Assembly: GCA_044356725.1 (NCBI GenBank)
Contig: JBIKVS010000009.1
Span: forward strand, 1 to 43,056
Reading direction: 5' to 3'
Source: Minisyncoccia bacterium
GTDB lineage: Bacteria > Patescibacteriota > Minisyncoccia > SW-4-49-11
Length of the DNA: 43,056 nt
Shown: in pieces, positions 26,663-34,709 of the stretch
How positions within the stretch are numbered: position 1 is the first letter of the stretch
How the letters are laid out: the number at the start of each line of letters is the position of its first letter
Translations under genes and position numbers: made by a program
The notes under the pieces: model-generated
Told to the model about the DNA's origin: nothing
Seen by the model: only the letters and a program-made list of their open reading frames with translations
Databases searched by the model: none

Positions 26663-27136
26663 TTGTTGAGAATAACTCTACATAAGAGAAAATATATTAT
26701 TGGAGAAATTAGTGAATATCAATTTCAAGATATGCATTATAATAAAGAGACAGATATTGCTACTTATGATAATTCTCCAAAATTAGATATCAAAGTAGGT
26801 GATACCGTTTATGCAAAATTAGATCAATATGTGGGACAGACAGCTTCAATTATGCATATCACAAATGATTTTAAATCTATAAATAATCATTCATATTATG
26901 AAATCAATGATATGGAGAAAAAACCATTTATTAAAGGTACAATAGTAGAAATCAAGTCAGCTACATTAGAACAAGGTGAGCCAACTAAATATATTGTTGA
27001 ATATGGGATAGAAAAAATAAATTTTGAATTTAAGTCTTTAGCTGGAGCTGTATCAAAAGTAGAATTAAACTCAAATGGGGAAGTTAAATTATTAGAAGTT
27101 TATCAGGACAATAAAGTTATTTATAGAGCTAATTAG
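26663..27136 (+). CDS. protein resembling the C-terminal part of GDYXXLXY-family proteins; 5' end uncertain, possibly frameshifted
   Basis: KVGDTVYAKL, FIKGTI, VEYGIE, KVELNSNGEVKL resemble that family; N-terminal TM and GDY motif absent; TTG start, out-of-frame ATG at 26635. Confidence 0.5.
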   Translation: MLRITLHKRKYIIGEISEYQFQDMHYNKETDIATYDNSPKLDIKVGDTVYAKLDQYVGQTASIMHITNDFKSINNHSYYEINDMEKKPFIKGTIVEIKSATLEQGEPTKYIVEYGIEKINFEFKSLAGAVSKVELNSNGEVKLLEVYQDNKVIYRAN

Positions 27137-27147
27137 AGATTATATAT

Positions 27148-27471
27148 TTATATTTCAAGTTCAATTTTCCAATCCATTGGAATGAATGTAAAGTTTATTA
27201 TATGAGGAAAGTTATTTTCTTTTTTCCAAATAGATAACTTTAACCTTATTTCACTCACTAATTCGTCAATGTCTGTAATTTTATGAGAACTCATCTGTAT
27301 AAATATCTCTATTGGTGCAGCCTTTACTTTAATTTGTGAATTATTTGCATATACAAATACATCTTTAATTTTAGTAACATCTGAAACTATTTTTTGTATA
27401 GCTTTAGATAAATTTAAAGTCTCACTCTTACCAACTTTATCTTTATCATAATCTAGTCTTATAACTGGCAT
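27148..27471 (-). CDS. small tautomerase/MIF-superfamily-like protein
   Basis: Probable start is ATG 27471, giving MPVIRLDY (Pro-1) and a beta-alpha-beta duplication pattern. Confidence 0.5.
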   Translation of the reverse strand: MPVIRLDYDKDKVGKSETLNLSKAIQKIVSDVTKIKDVFVYANNSQIKVKAAPIEIFIQMSSHKITDIDELVSEIRLKLSIWKKENNFPHIINFTFIPMDWKIELEI

Positions 27472-27615
27472 ATTATTCAATAATTTTAATATTATAAGTA
27501 TATCATAATTCTTACATATAAACAATGCATTGTACTAGATGATATGATAGTAGACAAGTTGCAAAATAAAAAGTCAAGGTATTAAAGAAGTAGCAAGAGT
27601 ATTAGATAATTAATT

Positions 27616-27752
27616 GTCTTCCTTTGGAGGAGGTGGCACTAAGAAGTGCCGGTGGTGGATAGAGTGTAATATTAATACAAACAAGTGTTTATTTTAGTAT
27701 TTTAAGTAGTATATCCACCCTCCCCCTTCGGGTACTCCCTCCTAAGGGAGAC
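27616..27752. repeat. repeat cluster 5: REPIN-like doublet, inverted copy of 24577-24727
   Basis: Two inverted modules plus AT-rich spacer; spacer core AATACTAAAATAAACACTTGTTTGTAT(C/T)AATATTACACTCTA is shared with cluster 4. Confidence 0.9.
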
Positions 27753-27830
27753 AAAATAAATTTCAACCTTAAAATATTGTCTACGATGTTTCTCATCTTT
27801 TTCAGAACAATGTATAAGTATTATAAATAA

Positions 27831-29045
27831 TTATTTATCTCTAATCTCTTTAATAAAATTATAAGTTTGCTCGGCAATTGCTGTATAAGAAAATTTCTCA
27901 GCTGCTCGCTTTTGGCCTAATTTGGATAGTTTAGAGTACTTAGCTTTATTACTATAAGCTTCTAATAGAGCTTCTCTAATGGACAAAATATCCTTCTCCA
28001 TTACAATATACCCAGTTTTTTCAATAACCAAAGGAATAGCTCCACTATCTGAGCCAATTACAGGTGTCCCAGCCGCCATAGATTCTACTAATACTCTGCC
28101 AAATTGTTCTTTCCAAATAGGAGTGGTATGAGATAGCAAAATAGAAATATCTAAAATTTGAAAATAAGTAGGTATATCATCAAACGGGATTGCCGGATGA
28201 ATGTTAATGATATGGTTTAGATTCAATTTTTCAATTAATTGATGTAATTCTTCTAAGTATTCCGCATCTCCATTACCAATGATTAATACTTTAGTCTTTG
28301 GTTTATTCCATCCAGCAAGAGCATAAATCATATCCTCAATACCTTTTTCTTTGGTAATACGACCAATATAACCATAGACGAATGTATCTGGCTCTATATT
28401 TAATTTTTCTCGAATGAACTTTATTTGATTATCTGAAACTGACTTAGCAAATCTATCATAATCAACTCCAAGCTGAGGAAAAGTTCCTTTAATTCCCTTG
28501 AATTTTAGAGCTAGCATTCTTTGTTCAAAATCTTGCCAAACTTCTGGAAATTGGAACACCAATCCATCTAATTTTGGTATAATAAATTTTTCAAGTAAGT
28601 GAAATGACTTATATCTAAATCTCTGATAGACAGATTTTCCTTCTTCTTCCCAAATATGGCAAATATTTTCTTGAGATAATAAAATTAATTGAGTCTGGGG
28701 TATGAATTTTTTAGTAACATAAGTAACCTGAGCTGCAACTTGAGTCCAATACTCTTCCTCCAACATAATAATATCTGGATTAATTTCATTCAAAGTTTTT
28801 TTAAGATTTTTGAAAATAAAAAAATTTAATTTGCCAGTAAAGTATCCTGATAAAATAATATGTTTATATTTTTTTCCTTCATAAGGAGCGGTATATACTT
28901 TTTGTCCACCACCTTCTAGCCCAAATTCTGGGGTGATTAGAGTTATTTTAAGGTCTTTATACTTAGCTAGTGCTTCTATCTTTTCTCTATAAGGAGTATA
29001 GACATAGGCATGGGATATAATCACTAAATTTATCGAATCTTTCAT
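27831..29045 (-). CDS. glycosyltransferase family 4
   Basis: GYIGRITKEKG, WKEQFGRVLVESMAAGTPVIGSDSGAIP. Confidence 0.92.
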   Translation of the reverse strand: MKDSINLVIISHAYVYTPYREKIEALAKYKDLKITLITPEFGLEGGGQKVYTAPYEGKKYKHIILSGYFTGKLNFFIFKNLKKTLNEINPDIIMLEEEYWTQVAAQVTYVTKKFIPQTQLILLSQENICHIWEEEGKSVYQRFRYKSFHLLEKFIIPKLDGLVFQFPEVWQDFEQRMLALKFKGIKGTFPQLGVDYDRFAKSVSDNQIKFIREKLNIEPDTFVYGYIGRITKEKGIEDMIYALAGWNKPKTKVLIIGNGDAEYLEELHQLIEKLNLNHIINIHPAIPFDDIPTYFQILDISILLSHTTPIWKEQFGRVLVESMAAGTPVIGSDSGAIPLVIEKTGYIVMEKDILSIREALLEAYSNKAKYSKLSKLGQKRAAEKFSYTAIAEQTYNFIKEIRDK

Positions 29046-29069
29046 AGTGATTATATTATATCACAAATA

Positions 29070-29468
29070 TCATCTCCAGTTAAGATAAGTAATAGAGAAT
29101 TGTAAAGTAGTCGCAATACAGACCCAAACTAAATAAGGAATTTGCATCAAAGCTACCCATTTCATATATGGCCAAATTGCAATCATAGCCCAGATAATAG
29201 TAGCTAAAATCAAAGTAATATCAATAGCAGCTAATAAATTATTCCTAAGCCCAAATTGAATAGGACTAAAAGCAATATTAAAGCATATATTCAAAACAAA
29301 AGGTAAAACCACCATCCAACTCAACTTTCCATTAATCCATTGATAAAAGACAGCTCCAAAAGATATAAAAATAAACACATATAAAACAGACCACACCGTC
29401 CCAAATAACCAATTAGGTGGAGCCCAAGAAGGTTTAATCAATTCCTCATACCAAGTAGAAGTATTCAT
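29070..29468 (-). CDS. tspO: TspO/MBR family protein
   Basis: WYEELIKPSWAPPNWLFGTVWSVLY, N..FSPIQFG, PYLVWV..AT.L. Confidence 0.92.
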   Translation of the reverse strand: MNTSTWYEELIKPSWAPPNWLFGTVWSVLYVFIFISFGAVFYQWINGKLSWMVVLPFVLNICFNIAFSPIQFGLRNNLLAAIDITLILATIIWAMIAIWPYMKWVALMQIPYLVWVCIATTLQFSITYLNWR

Positions 29469-29525
29469 AAGTTATGTTTAGTTTATATGGTTTAGTATAG
29501 CATATTTTTGGGGGAAAGGAGGAGC

Positions 29526-29954
29526 TTATATAGATCTTTTTTTAGCCATAAAACTTTTAATGAAATTTACAGTGGTTTTGGCTAATATAAGTTTTTCTAA
29601 AGCTTCTTCAGGCTTAATCCATATATACTCTTGAATTTCATCATTCAACTTAATATCACTACTATTATTGGCTAAACAGCAATAGTCTAAAAATATCATA
29701 TGTCTTTTTTTATGAAACTCTTCTGAGAATATACTTTCTTGTATACCAATTAACTCTATATCGGAAATTTCTAAATTAGTCTCTTCTCTAACTTCTCTTT
29801 TTATACATTCAACAAATGTCTCCCCTAACTCTAGATGACCACCTGGAACTATCCATCGATCACCCCATTTATTAGATTTACCTAAAAATATTTTATTTTC
29901 TTCATTATATATTAATGCTCCGATTACTATTTTAGGATATTCTGATTTACTCAT
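29526..29954 (-). CDS. NUDIX hydrolase
   Basis: Nudix box GGHLELGETFVECIKREVREETNL. Confidence 0.92.
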   Translation of the reverse strand: MSKSEYPKIVIGALIYNEENKIFLGKSNKWGDRWIVPGGHLELGETFVECIKREVREETNLEISDIELIGIQESIFSEEFHKKRHMIFLDYCCLANNSSDIKLNDEIQEYIWIKPEEALEKLILAKTTVNFIKSFMAKKRSI

Positions 29955-29992
29955 AATATATTATAATTATATTATTACTGACATTTATTATA

Positions 29993-30150
29993 TCACAAAC
30001 TCTGGATATCTGCTTGAATAATCTCAATTATTTCAGGGAATTCTGGTATTCTAAAGTGTCCATTCTTTCTCTCATAGATAATAAAATTAGCATTTATATA
30101 GATTTTTTAAAAATAAGTTTATAAAAATTAGCTTAATATGTTCTGGAGGT
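29993..30150 (-). pseudogene. 3' remnant of an alpha/beta hydrolase (RBBP9/YdeN-like)
   Basis: Minus strand reads NANFIIYERKNGHFRIPEFPEIIEIIQADIQSL* (TGA 29993-29995), with a broken frame upstream; GHF..EFPEI resembles the catalytic His region. Confidence 0.5.
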
Positions 30151-30187
30151 GTATAATAAATTATATATTCAATAATTAAAATATTCT

Positions 30188-30850
30188 ATGATCAAAGCAA
30201 TAATATATGATATGGATGACTTAATGGTGAATTCTGACCCATTACATATTGTGGCTTGGGAAAATATTTTACAAAATTTTAATAAAAAATTTACAGATAT
30301 CCCTGAAGAAATAAGGTCAAAATTTATTGGAATGAGGGTAATAGACATAAGTAAATCTATTATTGAAATATTACATCTTAATACTGATCTAGAATCATTT
30401 TATAATGAAAGAATTCATATCTTTTTAGATCTTGTGAAAAATGATTTAGAAGAAATGCCTGGGTTAATTGATTCTTTACAATTATTTAAATCTCATAACT
30501 TTAAAATTGCTATTGCATCTTCTGGGGCGAAGAAATATATTGATCTTGTTTTAGATAAGTTTGATATTAGAAAATATTTTGATGTAATTATTTCAGGGGA
30601 CTGTGTGTCTATTGGTAAACCGCATCCAGAAACATATTTAGTAGCTTCTGAAAAATTAGGATTAAATCCAAGAGAATGTGTTGTATTAGAAGATGCCACA
30701 AATGGAATTGAGGCTGCTATTCAGGCAGGATGTAAATGTATTGCAATTATTAATACAAATACTGTCCCTCAGAATTATTCTAAGGCTAATTTAGTCTTAA
30801 ATTCATTAAATGATATCACATTAGAGAATATTGATTCTCTTAACATATAA
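30188..30850 (+). CDS. HAD-superfamily phosphatase (beta-PGM-like)
   Basis: YDMDDLMVNS, IASSG, GKPHPETY, VVLEDATNGIEAA. Confidence 0.92.
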   Translation: MIKAIIYDMDDLMVNSDPLHIVAWENILQNFNKKFTDIPEEIRSKFIGMRVIDISKSIIEILHLNTDLESFYNERIHIFLDLVKNDLEEMPGLIDSLQLFKSHNFKIAIASSGAKKYIDLVLDKFDIRKYFDVIISGDCVSIGKPHPETYLVASEKLGLNPRECVVLEDATNGIEAAIQAGCKCIAIINTNTVPQNYSKANLVLNSLNDITLENIDSLNI

Positions 30851-30875
30851 TTTAGTTATTAAATTTATTAAAACA

Positions 30876-31679
30876 ATGAAAATACTATTTTATAATATAA
30901 TGTCTGGTGGATTTAAGTCATATTCATCAGAAGAAAATATTCCAGAAAGATTAAATCTATTGAAAAAAGTAATTTCTGATTCAGATGCCGATTTTGTTGG
31001 ATTGATTGATACATTTCGTTGGAAAGAAATTTTTACACCTGATGATTTACGAAAAAATTTTGGTTATGATAATGTATTTTGTATAGATATGGAAGATATT
31101 CGTTTGGATAAAAGAATAGGCTTAACTATTTTAAGTAAATTTGATTTAAATTGTGAAGAAATAAGAATTTATAATAGAAATTGTATAAAGTCTAGGATTA
31201 GTCTCAATGGTATTGAATATACAATATTTACCATATATTTAGATGATTTAAGTGAAGACATTCGCCTGAAAGAGAGTGAAGCTTTGCTTGTACAAGCTAA
31301 GAGAGACAAAACTATAGTTATAGGAGATTTTAATAGTTTTGCAAAAAGCGATCTTGATTTTATACCTAAAAACTTTGATAAATATTTAGGCAAAGAAAAT
31401 ACTGATTTTAAAAAATCTTTAATAAAGGTTATTGATGAAGCTAAAAGAGGAGAGGTAATTGAACTTTATCAAAAAGCTGGGTTCATAAATGGTATACCAG
31501 AGTTTCAGCCCAATATACCCTCAAAACTTTTTCCAGGTAAATTTAACTCTCCAACTATGAGAGTAGATTATGTCTTACATTCAAAAGATGTAAGAATTAG
31601 AAATACTAAAGTATTAATTTCTGATATTCTAGATCAAACATCAGACCATTTTCCTATTTACTTTGAAATTGTAGAATAG
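30876..31679 (+). CDS. endonuclease/exonuclease/phosphatase family protein
   Basis: MKILFYNI (likely start ATG 30876), VIGDFNS, RVDYV, SDHFPI. Confidence 0.88.
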   Translation: MKILFYNIMSGGFKSYSSEENIPERLNLLKKVISDSDADFVGLIDTFRWKEIFTPDDLRKNFGYDNVFCIDMEDIRLDKRIGLTILSKFDLNCEEIRIYNRNCIKSRISLNGIEYTIFTIYLDDLSEDIRLKESEALLVQAKRDKTIVIGDFNSFAKSDLDFIPKNFDKYLGKENTDFKKSLIKVIDEAKRGEVIELYQKAGFINGIPEFQPNIPSKLFPGKFNSPTMRVDYVLHSKDVRIRNTKVLISDILDQTSDHFPIYFEIVE

Positions 31680-31683
31680 ATAT

Positions 31684-32274
31684 TTATATTCTTATTTTGC
31701 TAACTCTCTTATCTTTAGGCCAAGTGTCATCAGTCTCTTGGGGATAATCAAACCATAATCTGGCACTACAAACATCGCTCATATGAGCAAGACAAGCCAG
31801 TTCATTCATCACTCTTCCATACATTGTGTAATCATTACCCTCACCCTCAGTATATTTAATTCCATTTTGATGCTCAGGTGTTAATTTAACTCCATATTCC
31901 TTTAATTTTTGTATACGAAATTTATTTTGGGATTCTTTGTCTTGTAAGTCTTTTTTATTATGTAATTTACCTTCCTTTAATTCATATCGCCAAGGCTTCT
32001 CAATATCATGTAAATATAATACTAATAACAAATCTGATAGTGTAAAAGGCAATGGACGAAGAGAATTTAATTGCTGATACAAAACAATTCCAATATTCAT
32101 AACTTCTTGAATATGATCATAATATCCACCAGCCCAAGTATGATGATTATGAGCTCCACCTTGTACAGTCTGAAACAGTTCTAGATTATCTGCTAAAATA
32201 TTTTTACAAGCCGTGCGATTTGGCTCTTCAATCATTTCTAGCATTTCTTCAAGAGTGTAATATGGAGTTTGCAT
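31684..32274 (-). CDS. HD-domain phosphohydrolase (YhaM-like HD region)
   Basis: HHTWAGGYYDH, LHDIEKP, HMSD..SAR. Confidence 0.8.
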   Translation of the reverse strand: MQTPYYTLEEMLEMIEEPNRTACKNILADNLELFQTVQGGAHNHHTWAGGYYDHIQEVMNIGIVLYQQLNSLRPLPFTLSDLLLVLYLHDIEKPWRYELKEGKLHNKKDLQDKESQNKFRIQKLKEYGVKLTPEHQNGIKYTEGEGNDYTMYGRVMNELACLAHMSDVCSARLWFDYPQETDDTWPKDKRVSKIRI

Positions 32275-32287
32275 GGTATATATGGCT

Positions 32288-32866
32288 TTAGTTTATTTGA
32301 TTACCTTTTTGAGCCAGGAACTGATTTATTCTGCGATTTTGTATTGGTAAAACCAGGTAGCGAAGACAAGTAATTATTGGCTTGAGAATAATAGGGCATT
32401 TAGTATTAAATAATGTCGCATCCATTATGACTAGCTGATTATTATTCAAAACAAATATATTACTCATACATTTTTTAAAAACACCTTTTTGACCTATTAA
32501 ATCAATTTCAGGTTGTCCATCTTTACACATTTGCTGATAGCCATCAATAATTTTTAAGAATTGCTGATACAAAATTTCATTATCGAGATCTTTTCCCGTC
32601 AGATGATGTCCGATAATTTTTGGTTGAAGCTGTGCAATATAGCTCTTATTTTGCGAAATGACAATTTCAGTATTTAAAAGGAATTCACCAAAATATTTTT
32701 TACTTATTTCAAGCTCTTTATGAGCCCATTCAAGCCCCTTCTTTTTGCCGTAAAAAAAGTGAATAAGAGAAAATTTAATTACTTTATCAATATCATAGGA
32801 GTAAACAAGATGTTCACTCCCAAAAGAAAGTAGTTTACCCTTTTTGCTTTTATTGTATTGATACAT
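32288..32866 (-). CDS. hypothetical protein with possible divergent kinase-like fold
   Basis: GSEHLVY...VIK (N-lobe-like), DLIG...NIFV, VIMD. Confidence 0.55.
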   Translation of the reverse strand: MYQYNKSKKGKLLSFGSEHLVYSYDIDKVIKFSLIHFFYGKKKGLEWAHKELEISKKYFGEFLLNTEIVISQNKSYIAQLQPKIIGHHLTGKDLDNEILYQQFLKIIDGYQQMCKDGQPEIDLIGQKGVFKKCMSNIFVLNNNQLVIMDATLFNTKCPIILKPIITCLRYLVLPIQNRRINQFLAQKGNQIN

Positions 32867-32880
32867 AGGTATAATGGTCT

Positions 32881-32970
32881 AATATATAAAGTTTTGGTGG
32901 ATAATAAAGATATTTTGTGTTCAGCAGATTACCCTTCACATAATATAGCAACATTGATTTTTTTACTCAT
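32881..32970 (-). pseudogene. ddl: degenerate 5' remnant of D-Ala--D-Ala ligase
   Basis: ATG 32970 gives MSKKINVAILCEG*SAEHKISLLSTKTLYI, matching the Ddl N-terminal VAILxGGxSxEHExSLxS motif with an internal TAA. Confidence 0.75.
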
Positions 32971-33141
32971 ATAATTTAAGTTTATATATTCTATTATAGC
33001 ATATTTGGGGAGGTGTGGTGAGCTTATACATATACTTGTATAAGATAAATAAAAGGTGTATTATATTGATAAGGGTGTGTTTGTATATCCTAATGTTCAA
33101 TAGAATAGCGTTTACACATTAATTATTTTCTTATTACTCGT

Positions 33142-33840
33142 ATGATAGAAGGATTGCTTTTTGATATGGATGGAGTTGTAATTGATAGTGAACCGTTTAA
33201 TGATAAGGCTTGTGCTGACCTGTTGAAAATATTTGAAAAACCTTATGACAGAGATATTCTTAAACCTTTGATGGTGGGTAAATCAGATATTGAGGGAATG
33301 AACATTCTTGTTCAACATCACAAAGTGCCTCTTTTGGGAAAAGAATTCAATGAACTCAGAAAGAAAAATAAAAAAAAGTTTTACAAAGAAGAAATTCCTT
33401 ATATGGAGGGGTTTGATGAGTTTTTTTCAAAAATAGTAAAACATTTTAATTGTCCTGTAGCTATTGTTACGGCTTGTAATAAAGAATATTTTGACTTAAT
33501 TGATAAAAGATTAAAAATAAGTAAAAAATTCAACGGAAATATTTTTCGTTCTGAAATAGTTACAAGACATAAACCAGCACCAGATATTTATCTTTTTGCA
33601 ACAAAAAAACTCAATATAAACCCTAAAAAATGCTTAGTTATTGAAGATTCACCATCAGGAATAATATCAGGATACAGAGCAGGGTCTAAAGTTATTTCTA
33701 TAACATCTACTTTTTCAAAAGAAACACTTATTCAAAACATTCAAAAAACAGATAAAAACATAGATTTTAAAAAAATTTTATTCATAGATAAGTTTAATGA
33801 AAAAAATATCCAAAAAATTATTCAATTCTCAAAAGATTAG
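33142..33840 (+). CDS. HAD-superfamily phosphatase
   Basis: FDMDGVVIDSE, IVTA, HKPAPDIY, VIEDSPSG. Confidence 0.92.
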   Translation: MIEGLLFDMDGVVIDSEPFNDKACADLLKIFEKPYDRDILKPLMVGKSDIEGMNILVQHHKVPLLGKEFNELRKKNKKKFYKEEIPYMEGFDEFFSKIVKHFNCPVAIVTACNKEYFDLIDKRLKISKKFNGNIFRSEIVTRHKPAPDIYLFATKKLNINPKKCLVIEDSPSGIISGYRAGSKVISITSTFSKETLIQNIQKTDKNIDFKKILFIDKFNEKNIQKIIQFSKD

Positions 33841-33964
33841 ACACATTGCATCAAGAAAGAGTTGAGGTGATAAATATTTATGTACACACTATTATCTAGT
33901 ACATAAATTATCTTAACATAAGAATATATGATAAAATGTAATTAAAGCTAGATAAAATGATTGT

Positions 33965-34546
33965 ATGGAAAATAGAGTTGATAAAATCCTTGCCTTTTTA
34001 CAGGAAATAGAAAAATATAAAACTGTTGAAAGAGAAATGTTCTGTTCTAATCTTAATAGAGCTGAAAGTGATGCTGAACATTCTTGGCATATAGCTATGT
34101 TTCTAATTCTTTTTGAAAATGACTTGCCTAAAAATTTAGATATGAAAAAGATGTTAAAACTAGCACTTATGCATGATTTAGTTGAAATCTATGCGGGGGA
34201 TACTTTTGCATATGACAAACAAAATCAAGCTACTAAAAAAGAAAGAGAATCTAAAGCAGCAAAGAAACTTTTTTCACAATTACCCAAAGATTTGAATAAA
34301 GAATTTATGAATTTATTCTCTGAATATGAAGAAATAAAGACTAAAGAAGCACAGATTGTGAAGTCTTTTGATAAAATTCAACCAATTCTACAAAATCTCT
34401 GCTCTTCTGGAAAATCTTGGCAAAAACATAAAATAACTTTATCAGATATTGATCAATATAAAAGAAAATATGTGGAACATAATGATTTAATTTTAGGAAT
34501 ATATGAAAAGTTGCTTAATGATGCAAGATATAAAAAATTAATATAA
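33965..34546 (+). CDS. HD-domain 5'-deoxynucleotidase-like (YfbR/HD_3)
   Basis: ESDAEHSW, HDLVEIYAGD, DKIQP. Confidence 0.88.
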   Translation: MENRVDKILAFLQEIEKYKTVEREMFCSNLNRAESDAEHSWHIAMFLILFENDLPKNLDMKKMLKLALMHDLVEIYAGDTFAYDKQNQATKKERESKAAKKLFSQLPKDLNKEFMNLFSEYEEIKTKEAQIVKSFDKIQPILQNLCSSGKSWQKHKITLSDIDQYKRKYVEHNDLILGIYEKLLNDARYKKLI

Positions 34547-34571
34547 CAGCAATGGATATATATTTAAAATG

Positions 34572-34658
34572 CGGAAGTGAGAGGATTCGAACCTCTGGTA
34601 GGGGTAAACCTACAACAGTTTTCAAGACTGCCGCCTTCAACCGCTCAGCCACACTTCC
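34572..34658 (-). tRNA. tRNA-Ser(TGA), CCA not encoded
   Basis: Reverse complement GGAAGTGTGGCTGAGCGGTTGAAGGCGGCAGTCTTGAAAACTGT, long variable arm GTAGG..CCTAC, AGAGGTTCGAATCCTCT, CACTTCCG. Confidence 0.95.
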
Positions 34659-34709
34659 ATTTATACATTATATTATATCATATTTATCTTGTTTTGTATA
34701 GGATATGGA

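Noticed and set aside
27530-27613. Possible gene remnant ending SQGIKEVARVLDN*
   Set aside because: Too short to assign, no recognisable family
33044-33071. dif/pdif-like string ...AAAA-GGTGTA-TTATATTGAT, and a XerD-like arm near 33911-33921
   Set aside because: Only partial arm matches in very AT-rich DNA; no complete 11-6-11 site
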